Source of the DNA: Phoronis australis
Lineage: Eukaryota > Animalia > Phoronida
NCBI GenBank assembly: GCA_002633005.1
Contig: NMRA01000003.1
Location: 1,664,503-1,728,502 of the forward strand
Length of the DNA stretch: 64,000 nt
Direction: 5' to 3'
Shown: in pieces, positions 25,184 to 37,100 of the stretch
How positions within the stretch are numbered: the first letter of the stretch is position 1
Layout: the number at the start of each line of letters is the position of its first letter
Program-made: the position numbers and the translations under genes
The notes under the pieces: model-generated
Databases searched by the model: none
What the model saw: the letters and a program-made list of their open reading frames with translations, nothing else
Told to the model about the DNA's origin: nothing

Positions 25184-28100
25184 GTAAGAATGGAAATTGT
25201 TGTATCTTATTTTTCTTACAAATTTTACGTCTTTCATTAAGTTGAATACATGCACTTTATTTAAAGTCAAATACTTATCACAACTGTTCTCACTTTTGTG
25301 ATTTCACTTGTTCATTGGATCTGTTACATGACTACATCTCTTTCTTTTTGTCTCGGTATATGATCTCGTACAAAGCACTCTTTGCTTCATAAACAATCCA
25401 CAGTAGCAGCCTTTTGGTTTCTCCAACAGTGGCACAGCCAAAACAAATTGTGCTTTTAGTAAATTAATTGTCTATTTCATATTGGTATGATTAATTATGT
25501 TCCATTAATGATTCTAAGAACTACAGGGGTGATGTCAGATTTATGTTCTTTCATGACTAATTGCCAGTAAGGCTGCATTAATATCTACTTAGCATGGGTC
25601 ACTAACCAACTTAGATGTATTTAACCTTATTAAATGAAAAATTGCCCTAGACTCTGTTATCGTGGCTTATCACTGATTTTCTCTTTTGTCATTTTTTATG
25701 GCTCAGGCATAATTCAACTAGGCATGATGCCTGCTTTATTGAGCATTCTCCAGGACAACTGTTGTTTTTAAATTCTGATGCAGCCTCGACTTACACAATC
25801 CTTATCATTTCCATATTTATTTGGGTCTTAAGCTGAGGAAGGAAAATATTGACTAGCAATGGATAAGGGTGGTAACACCCTGGGTGTAGGAAGATTAAAG
25901 TTGGTAATGACAAATATCTACTGATTATCATGCTTCAGTACATAGCTTCCTGTTATGTCTACTGTTGGTAGGAGTTCTTTATTTTTATGCCCCCCACATC
26001 TACAGGGTGTCCCAAAAATGTGCACTCACCTTTCATGACATTAGCTTCGTTTTTTTTCTTTGATATCTGAACATTACTGGTTTCAATTCATAAAGAAGTG
26101 ATAAAAAAGAATTAAAGTTCTTTAAACCAAAATAACTTGAAGAAGAAGATTATCTTTTCTTTGTATTTTTTATGAGTTTCTGATCCACTAGCAAACTGAA
26201 TCGCTTTGTTTGCCATTCCCGCATGAAAAATTCACACGCATACTTTTTCAGCAAATAGGGTTGGCCGCAGAGTTTGACCCACTGTCAATAAATTTGAACT
26301 CCAGGCATTGTACTGAAGTGTGAGTACAGTTTTTGATATACCCTGTATTTCCATTTTCGCGTAGGTTCAATTTATTGTGGTACTCCCTTAAATGGCAAAT
26401 TTTATTATTNCTGTAACAATTTTTTTCTCAGACTTATCGTTTTCGAGTTATTTGACTTTGAATTTCTTAAAAAAAACGCAAAATTTCATTTTTATCGAAA
26501 AATTTACGGAATTAGGCGGTACCATCAGTTTTGATAGAACTTTGAACGGGCTTTCAGAATATGGTTTCCATTTTTCGCTAGGACGTCTAGTTTTTGAGTT
26601 ATTTGAGATTTACGGATAACGCTGTTCCTTTGTTGAGCGCTCTAAGTTCGTCATATGAATGTTGTGATGTTGTTCATCATCGCCACCACCATCATCATAT
26701 TCGTCATCATCGTCATCATCATCGTCATCATCTCCGTCGTCTTTTCCGTTAATTTCGCCAAGTGTCGCACAAGACTGTAGCCTTTTTCTTACTGATTTCG
26801 GACTTCTACGTTCGTCATGTGTACGTTATTGTTACTTCTTTTGTTCATTCTCGCCACCATCGTCGTCATCTTCGTCATCTTCGTCATCTTCGTCATCATC
26901 TTTGTCGTCATCTTTTTGGTTAATTTCGCCAAGTTTCGCTCCTCAGAGCGCTTTCATTTTCATGTTTAGTTTTTTTGTGTCCACCTCTGTATCTTCCAAA
27001 TCGCTAGAAGGTGAAGTATGAAATTTCACTGATTGGGATTTTTTTTGAGATGTGCATGGATAACATTGATTCAAGCCCCTAGTGGCAAATTTGTCTGTGC
27101 CTCAATATCTACCATAAGCTCCTTGGTGGATCTTAAATGAAATTTGTTTTGTCTTCTACTTGAGTAGAGTATGATTGACATTGATTTTTTGGATGTCTGA
27201 CTACTGTGGCGTCCCCTATTGGCAATTTCGGTTATCTTTGCAAATGTCCTACCAATTCTGGCATGGGTATTTACAAAATTTGACAGAAATATTTGCCTGG
27301 AGGAGACCACTGCACATGTGTTGTTTCAGACAGATTTGGCTTTGATATGCCCTCTCCAGTGACCTTTTAGTGTGTGCGTTTGTTGTCCTGAGCCTCTCTA
27401 TCCTCTGCTAGAAAATCGCAATGAAAGATGGCAGGTGTGTTCTTATTTGGGGAGAGCATAGCTGTTGTTGATTTTCGGATGGATCAGACTACTGTGGCAT
27501 CCTATGGTGGCAATTTTAGTTCTCTCTGTCTCAATATCCACCAAATTCTTTGATGTACCTTGCAGTTGTTGAGACTACCCTTGATTTTCAAACAGATCCA
27601 TTTACTCTGCCACACTGTCCGTGGCATTTTTTTAACATCTGCCTCAATATCTTATGATCACGTTTCTTCAGGTTGGTGGATCTTCATGATGTTCAGCATA
27701 GGTGTTGCTATTGAAGAGAGTACAGCTAGCTGGTGTTGACTGTCTTGTGACAGTTATCATCTCTTTCATCAACTCTATGGGATGGGCAATGAGTGGAGTG
27801 CATATCACTAACACACTAGACTGCTTTGATTTACTACTCTTTTAAATGATGACAGATTATCAGCCTCCCTGCTTGTTCATTTGCTTGCAGTCATGAGGTG
27901 CTATGTGCAGCCCTGGTATTCTGTGCTGGGGGTACACATGGCTGAGTGATGGGGACAATGCTGCTGGAATAATACCTATTTTTCAGAAAATAAGTTTAAG
28001 ATGGTTCGTACTTTTCAACAATCCTCGAGGTATAATTGCAATTCATATTTTTCACAAATGGAAAGGTTTGATACACATCCTTGAGCCACGAAAGTCATAG

Positions 28101-31100
28101 AGTGCTACTGGTATTTTGTATACAAACAAGCCAACCTGAATTAAGATGTTTCTCATCATTACTTTGGCCGCTGTCTATAAAACAAACTACCTCAGCACAG
28201 TTCTTTAGCACTACAAAGAAACATTTAGGTAATGACTGTGTTAGGTGGTGATGTGTTTTCTTTCTGTCTTGCAAGTTTGTTTTCTTAAAGACCTCCTATT
28301 AACAGAGATCAAGCATTTCTCGGCTCAGTTTCAAGTCTGACTTTTAAGTGGATTAAAAAGTCCCATGCCAATTACAGTCCTTGTAAACATTCCTGTTCAT
28401 CTCGTGCTGACTTCATTACCTGTGCTTACATCTGGCAAGGTACACTGGCACTGGAGAGAGAGTGCTTTACCAGGGAGGGTCAAGCTTTATGTCTAGGTTA
28501 ACATACCTTAAGTTGTTAATTAGCGTGTTTGTTGAAGTGGTAGATGGTTTCAATTTTGTCTGGCTACATTTTATTGCTGACCTTCTCTTTCTGCCAACAG
28601 ATATCCCATGGCTTGCTGTCAAAGACACATTTGTCTCTAACTTCATTTATTTTCTTTGTTTTATCTATTCAGCAAGGAGTCTGCTGTATTGTTGATTTGT
28701 CCTTCAATTGGTCATGTAGTCTGAGAAGTTGCTACAAAACACTAGCCAGAGAAATAATCGTAAAATTAAACTTGACAAATAATGATGGACTGATCAAAAT
28801 GTGCACTATTTATTTAAGCGAAATATGGTTCTGGAATTTGAACTGACTATTTACTAAGGTTGATGTTTTTTATATATATATGGATTTGAACAGTTGATTT
28901 AACCAATGTAAATATTAAAGATTGTATCATCTCACTGACTGGTTCTTATTTTCACATGTGTGCGTCATATTAACTTGTGTTTACGCGTTAATCCATTGAC
29001 CTGTTGTAAAATTCATTAGATTTCTATTTTTGTGTCGTTTCAATCATGTTGTTTTTGGGTTGTCTATGTCGAGCATCGTCTGACAATGCAGTGTTAATGA
29101 GATAATAGGAACATCTTTACAATCAGTCAAAGATTTATTGATTATCAATCTTAATATAATAAACTTTTGTTTCAAAAGTTGAAGAGGCTGACGTTGACAG
29201 GAAGCACACAGAAAAGTTATATGGAGAGCTCTCATAAAGCTGTCCGTAGTAAGTCACTCCCCATGTTTCCTGTTTGAAATAAAATCCTAAGATGGGAAGA
29301 ACTACAAAAAAATTCTTTGCTTTATATTTTGAAATTTCTTTACTTTATTGATTACAGCCGATTTGTTGAGGACTACACCAAAGTTCATCAAAAAATATCA
29401 CCCTTGGGTGGGCGGATGCATCCTTCTGATACATGTGTGGCAGATTGTCACCCACCTGATTACATCTCAATGTCTATTATATAAAATGTATCATTTGCAC
29501 AAACTCCGTCTCTCCTGCTCCACTACAGACCTTCGTTGCACCCGTTTCGGCACGCCTTGGTCCCAGGTATTGCACTGGCCCCCTGTTTGGATTCGAGGTG
29601 TTCTATTTTTTTCTCGTGGGCCGTTTTTTCACGGATGCGGAAGGAGGGTGGCCAGTTTTGTACTGGCTTTGGTGACGTCAGTCGGTCGGCTCAAAGGCGT
29701 GCGTGACGTCACTCCGTTGGCTTAATTTCACTCCCTCTGGCTTCTGTCGCGTATATAATTCATCGGGCCTGTAGCCGCCAAAATTAATGATGCCTCATTA
29801 AAAAATTTTTACTCTTTCTTGAGTAAACTAAATTATTTACCCGGGTGTTGGAAAATTGGCGTTTTTCAGTTATTCTGCTGCTAAAATTGCGATGCGCTTT
29901 GGGTGCCATTGCGTCACCTATCGGGCCAATTTCCATGTTCTTCAATCAATTGTGGAGGTTGCGTACATGTCATAGCAATCAGAAGTGGTTTCATTTCGTT
30001 ACAAGTTTTTACTATTTTAGTATCAAAAAAAAACAATTTCAGAAAATTCTCTCGAGAGATATCACAAAGTTTTGGGAAATGGCGCGTACGTGCGCGTGTC
30101 ACGACGGCAGATAGGATTTTCCGTTAAGGCGGAGAATTACGAAAAATAACGTTTATTAGATTTTGTTTACTTCTATAAACGGCTGTAACGGGCACTGTGA
30201 ATGTCGATTCATTCCCAGATTCTGCATGCACCCCTGCAGGTTGTTATCTCTAAGTTTCACCACGAGGTGACGAGCTGAGCTTTGGGGTTTGGTGAAATTT
30301 CGGTGTCTAACGGAGCTCTGCACGCGGCTACCTAGCTGTATGTTGACGACAGTCCTCATACTGCTAGCTGGCTTTCTACCTCAGTATGTACATTTATGAT
30401 GCAAATTTTGTAAATACATTCAGCTTCGGATCCAGGATTTTGAGTTGGGGGGCACAGCAGATAGAGTATTAGCCAGAATTTCGCCCTTCAGACATTCGCA
30501 CCCCCGGACTGCCACATGGAATCTGGGAGAATTTTATGGGGCCATGACCCCCTTGGCCCCCCCTCTAAATCCGCCACTTAGACATCTATATACTTTGTGT
30601 ACTATACAATATTTTAAATGCATTCTTAATTTTCATTTTAAACTGAAGAATGTCTGATTACCGTACTTTGTGTCACGGCAGGGTCAAATGCTCTCGAAAG
30701 AACTAGGGGAAGAATCCCACAGCCGCACACCTTAATTGCCTACTAAAATTTGACAGGTGACAGAAATTCTGCTTGAAGCTTTGAACATGGTCTCTTCAAG
30801 AAGTATTCCTGTCTCTTGCAATGAACACTCGATTGGTTCACACTCAGGTGTAGCTATTTCCCCTCGGCATTTCCTACTAGCTGCTACCCTTGCTTTTGCA
30901 CGGGTAGCAGCTAGTATGATATAACTTTTGTACGATATCTGTTGTAGTTTAGTTTGTCATAAAATGTATGACCTTTTATCTCACCCTCATGTGTTATTTC
31001 ATTGTAAACTAGCTTCGGTATCACTTTGCTTTGCAGTAGCGCATATAAATATTATGTTTAAAGTTTCTTTAAGTTGCAAACATTAGGCATGTGGTGAAGT

Positions 31101-34100
31101 GCATTTTCACATGTGCTTAGGTGTTCTGTGTACACACACGAATGATGATATCAAATACGCATGAGCTAAAGTAACTATTTCATTTTTCCTTCAGTAAAGA
31201 AAATGAGTGTTCAGGTATTTTCCAGTGAAAAAAAATTCAACGACAGATTTAGGTTTTATAGTACGCAGTGTCTCAAGTGACAATGTTGCCATGAACAGGC
31301 ACCCAAAGTGTTCCTAATCCACAGACAAAATAAAATCATGATTAAAGTACATTGTGCTGTGGTAAGTGTTGGGAAGTGCCAAGGTTCCACTAAAACTGTC
31401 TAATCGATACTCAAAGGTTCAAGCCAGTGCTGTACTAAAATTCTGATGAGACGTAGGGGTCACGTACTTTTAAGGAACTCTTGGTTGTATCAGTTGGGGT
31501 TGGGTGATGAGCCGAGTAACGGTATGAATCTGGATGAATACGGTATCCAAATAATGCAGGAAACTGTAACATAACTATTTTTCATCGCTAGCCTTATCAT
31601 TTATTTAAATGCGTTATTTATGGGTCAAATATAGCAGTCATTTGGGACTTAGTGAACTTCACTGGCCATTTGTATTGAGCTAGATGTTATTTACTAGGCG
31701 TTCAGGAACTGCTGAACCCTTGCATTTTCACTAGCAATTTCGCCTGTTGTGGCAGTGCCAGTAATGGGAACGGTTGCAAGCATCAGTTTTGGTGGCACTT
31801 CTTGGTAGTTTTAAAGTGATCCAAAGACTGGCGGTTTTATTTTGCCACATCAAAGGACATTGTTGCTTTAATCAATCTATTGTTGATGGTAAACACTTAG
31901 CGTTTTTTTGCCACTGGAAAAATGCAAAATTGCTATCGCTTTTGCCACTCGTGCCAACCTTGCGTATATGTTATTGTTGTAAAGACAAAAATAGAATGCT
32001 AGGGAAAACTACTTGGGATAATCATCTATTTTTTCCAGTTTTGTTTATGATCTGTTTTCAACCATCACTGGCTGAATGGGATCAGACCTTCAAAACTGGC
32101 TTTGTCTGTTGATAAAGCAATACCTTCTGTAGTCCTTTACCATCTGTTTTCTTGTAAAAATATACACAGGATTTGCTTAAATTAAACACGTATCATGTGT
32201 ACTGGCATCTTAGCCTTATGCAGTAATTTTTGGTGACCATGGCAAACTCAACATTACCCTTCCAAAGCAACACAACTGCATTTTATTGTTAGTTTTCATT
32301 TTCCTAGTGTTTTCAATGTCTAGTCTGTTGTTTGCTTTTCAATTACATTTAATGTTGCAGTTCATCTTTGCTTAGCTTGAATTCCTAACAGTATCGCTTT
32401 AATTGAGGTTTAAAATCATTACCACACTCTTCTGATTTTGAATTACTATCCAATGGGGGGCACCTGAAGTCACTCTGGCACTGGGTAGATGTGCCATTCT
32501 TGAAGATGCAATTTTGGGTTTTACCAACCCCCAATAAACTCGGAAGCATCTTTTTAGTTGCTGTTAGTTTTGATGTTCTTAGTAACAGGAGTAGAATCCT
32601 ATGGTGGTCAGGAATATTATGATGCTGATTTTATGATGTCATAAAGCCTAATTTGATTTTTGTCTTAGTCAGCTAAACAGGGCAAAATGCAGCAGTGATT
32701 TAAATGAAAAGTTATCTTTTGTGTCATATTAGGCTCAATAAACCGGTTTTCTTGCATAGTTGTTATAGATGATAAGTCATTAATTACTGTCACTCACTGA
32801 CAGTGTGAACCATCTGTTTGCTTAATTAGTACGCATTGTCATTAATAATTCAGGTTAATACAGTGTTCAAATCATTATACTGCTTTGTATCAGACATCTA
32901 GTAAGGAAGTCCCCTCTCACAGTATTATTGTGTCTACTTGATAAAACACTAGCACCACCTCTCTCAGATCTCTTCACTTATGTTATCTCAACACCACAGC
33001 TGCAAATGCAGCTTTTTTCGGGTCAATGTGCAAAACATAAATCCTGGTAAATTACCCTTGTAGCAAGTGTGAGACCAGGTTTTTAGAGTTACCATCTCTC
33101 CCTTGTTGCTTGTTTTTAAGGTTTCATGTATCCTTAATTAAAATGTTGTTTTCTTTTTGAAATATCTAAAATAGCTAGCCACTGTCAATTCAGGAAAGTG
33201 TTATATTGTCTCAAACTAGGAATCGAGGCAAATCTTAACATGTCATTTACAGCATTCTAGGCCTGTTAACTCGAGAAAAAGCTCTGCGGAAAAAATGTGC
33301 AATTCCATTCTGCCACAAGCGAAATCAGTAACTCAGTCTCTGTGCACCAGACTGCATTTTAGATAAACCAGTTTTTTGGCGATACAACAGATTTCGAAAC
33401 TTTTTGGAAATGAACCACGAATTCTGGTACCACGTGCAGTATTATAAAACATCGTCAATCTTCCAGTTTGTGTCTAGTACGAGACGAATAATTAATCATC
33501 AAGCTTGAGTAAACAACTGTCATAAACATCTAGAGCATTTTCTGCAATAAATTCTGCAAAATTAAGTGAATCTGCGATTTTTTTCCGCAATCCCGATTCC
33601 GCAAAATATTGCGCAAGAATTTCTACAAGAGTCGCATGAACAGAATTATTCTCGTGGTCACTTGACCATGCGTTTTTGCCAAAAATATTGTTTTTGCTAA
33701 GGAAAAAGTCCTTACGCCAGCGATCACCAAATTTTTTGTATTAAGACTTTGATAGAAATGCTCAAAAACCATGTCTGAGGTTTTCCATTGTTAGCATGGA
33801 TGTTTTTAATGGTAATTTTTTCTAAGACAGGTTCACGTAAACTTTCCTATGGATTGACTTAGTCCTTGTTTAGTCCATGTTGCTGACATACAGCCCACTG
33901 TTCGTTATCAATCAATGCACATTGCTTAAAGCTGTAGTTTTATGTAAAGCTTAGTCATTTGAGTTAAGCCGATTTCCACCAATTTTAATTTGTTCATATC
34001 CTTTACTAACAAAGCCTTGTTTATCTGTTCATTGATGATGTTAAAATATCTTTGTTTTTTAAGGCATCTATTCTTAGCCCGCGAAAGAGCTTTTACTAGC

Positions 34101-37100
34101 TTGAACTCTTGCCACAAATCGATTGGGTAATGGTATGGTAATATGTTAGGCATTTGTTCTATCAATCTTGCCCACTTCTTTGCTACGCGATTGTTGCACT
34201 TAATAGAACAGGCACTCATGAGTAATATTTGATTGACAAGATACATGACCATTGTGTTGTGTTGACCGTTGACCACTTATCGATACTTGGTATAAAAAAT
34301 TTGTGTATGTAAATTAGGCAGACCAGCTAATGATTGCTGAAATGAACCAGTTCCTACGTTTTACTTGCTTAGTCATAATTTCATTTACTAATTATTGTTC
34401 TGTTTTGGCTGGCCCTTCCTGCTTTGTGAAGTTTTGTCGCTCCACAGCATCAAACTGTCCCCCTTTTTGACGCAGATGATGAATTTTACGTATTTCCATG
34501 TATTTCATTGTTTTTCCACAAGATTTACACCCATTACCCCGTACCATTTCACAGGCACGACTTACAAAACAACAACAAAAAACATTGACAAACGTAAAAA
34601 CAAACAGAAAAGGAAAACAATCATCTTCTTGATCTTGATGTGTTGTGGGTGTTGTGCAGGATATTTACCCATTACGGTATGGCCTAGCTCCACGCTTTTT
34701 CATTTTCAACGGTCGGCAACATCTAATTTATATCACAACTTAACTCACCCTTTTCTACTGACTGTCTGATTGATCGCTGCAGCTCTTTCCATACACACCA
34801 CAATTTATTTCAATTTTTCGCGTTGTGGTTATAAACGGAGGCGGTTCAATTGTTGGATCTGGCTGAGTAGACATGAAGAAGAAAAACTTTGGATACAGTG
34901 TCTTGACTTAGTTTATTGAAGAGTGAGTGTGGTGCATTAGGGACACTCTGACTTGAAAACAATCGAACATGAGACTCAAAGTAATGGAATATATTGAAAC
35001 TCTGAGACATGTGAATCAGCCAAATAGATGAACATATGAGGATAGCACAATTCTAAAAATTTCTAAAAACCTGATGGTTGTACAGAACACTACTCAAAAG
35101 TTAGGTAATACAGTGACTAATCCTCTAAATAAACAAATACTAGGAAGCAACAAAAACAATCTTCAACATATGTGTCAACATTTTTGTAGGGCTTGTTAGT
35201 TAACACTTATGTTGCAGTTTGGTGAGGTCTGTGTTCCAACTGCTATTGTCTGCAGAGATACCTTGATGAAAATTTACATTAGCTGCAGAATCCTATCACA
35301 CTGTGAAATGACTCACCTCTCTTTTATTTTGTTTGAAAATATTGTTTAATTGGAGTTACTTCAAGTGTTTGCCTTGTCTCTTAAATTCTTGTCCATGAGT
35401 AGCATTCCATACTGGGACCAGTATTGTATGGTTCTGCTGACCTGGTGCCGAACTTGAGGACAACACCTATTCCTCACTCATGCCTAGGATCCATAAAACG
35501 CATACATTGGGTCTTAGCTCACACTCTTGCTTATATTGTCCCAAGTTTGTTCCCCTGGTATGTAGTATTTTTGCCTTATGTGTGGAGTTTGGAATTTGTA
35601 CTGTACATTCGGTGGTCCACAATTGGAATTAACAGGTGTGGCCCTGAAAATCATTCCCATATCTCCTGTCCTTGTCTTGAGGATACTATACAGATGCTAG
35701 GGAAGGTGAATTTTAATTTTCAGCTGCAATAGCTCACCATTTTAAAGAATTTGGTTATCTAAGCCCTTACCTATATACAGGGTGTCCCAAAATGCACCTT
35801 TTGCAGCTGCATTTTGTAATAGTAAGAGGCGTGATTTGATCTTCTTGCATTAGTCAGCTAAACAGGGCAAAATGCAGCTTTATAAAGTATAAAGGGAAGA
35901 TGTATCTAAATGCTAATTGACATTATGTTTCTATTTACAGCATGAATAATGAAGATCTAACACCTTTAGACGTTGCGGTGATGACAAATCATGTACCAAT
36001 GGCCAAAATGCTACTGTCTCACGGTGCTCGGGAAAACCCCCTCTGTAAGTCTGCTTTAAGTACTCCTCTGACACCTAGTGGAGGAGTTTAACACTAATGT
36101 AAGCTATCTCATAGTATCAAAATTGTTTGTTATAAATGATGGTTTAATTATGAAAATGACTCAGAAAAAAGTATAGTAAACAGTGTTACCACACAACACA
36201 TGTGACTGCTGGCTTTGCACTTACTTCAATATAAAGTTCCTTACTGTTTTAGGATTTTAATGCATATCATCCATTTGTAAATAAATTGGCCCGTTTCTAA
36301 ACAATTTGTACTTCTTTAATGCTGGACAGTGGGAACACTGGACCTTAGTATTTAGGTGTGTACAGCAAACACTGGAATTAGTCCTTAAACCAATGAACCT
36401 TTATATCAATGCAGATATGTCTGATTGAGTGTCAACTCCAGATGGCAACTGCTCCCAAACAAGATACCAATCTAGTTCATTGTTTTAATAACCTTGTAGT
36501 CTTTTGTGTGGCATGAGGACACCCAATGTGCAATTAGTGTTCTTTTATTCACCGCTAATTGAACTCAGTGATTGCTTTATTCCATGTAAGAAGGCTTTTG
36601 TTTGTGATAATGGTTAATATGGTTGGAGGGTTCTCTGCTAATCTGTTGACAAAGTACAAGGTGCGATGAAATGAGCGTTTCTAATGTCCTAACGGAATAT
36701 CGTATTTTTTTACCAAGATCCTGTTCAATTCTTTGATGATGCAATTCTCTGTCCGCAGTAAGCGATGGTGCCATGCTCGTCACTAAGCTGGACCAGCTTG
36801 TCTGTGACGCGGAAAGGAAAGTAGAGAACCTCACAAGCCTGGTCGTCAATGGCAACTCTAGTCAACAAAAGGTAAACATCTCATTGATTTCCCGTCTGTG
36901 TATATCTTGGTTTGCTGTGGTGAATCAAAATAATTTGTCTTCGTTTAGTCTTTTTTATTTTGCACCGTAGTCGGCTTGTTGTTTTCAGCTATTGCATTAG
37001 TATTACTATTCAAATAAAAGCCCTTTAGAGGGCAGCACTTGATGATATTAAATGAAAGCTGATGATGAATGACCTGGCCAGGACGGTGATGATGAATGTT

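Noticed and set aside
24803-25270. 155-aa minus-strand ORF and other antisense ORFs over exons (53804, 57080, 57183, 61240, 61981)
   Set aside because: Antisense shadows of + strand coding exons or repeats.
29179-29248. Possible small exon LKRLTLTGSTQKSYMESSHKAVR with a GTAAGT donor
   Set aside because: The obvious acceptor (ttcaaaag) gives an immediate stop after the phase-2 donor at 25183. Only a weak GAG acceptor restores the frame, and the phase-1 end does not fit 35941. Unsupported without RNA data.
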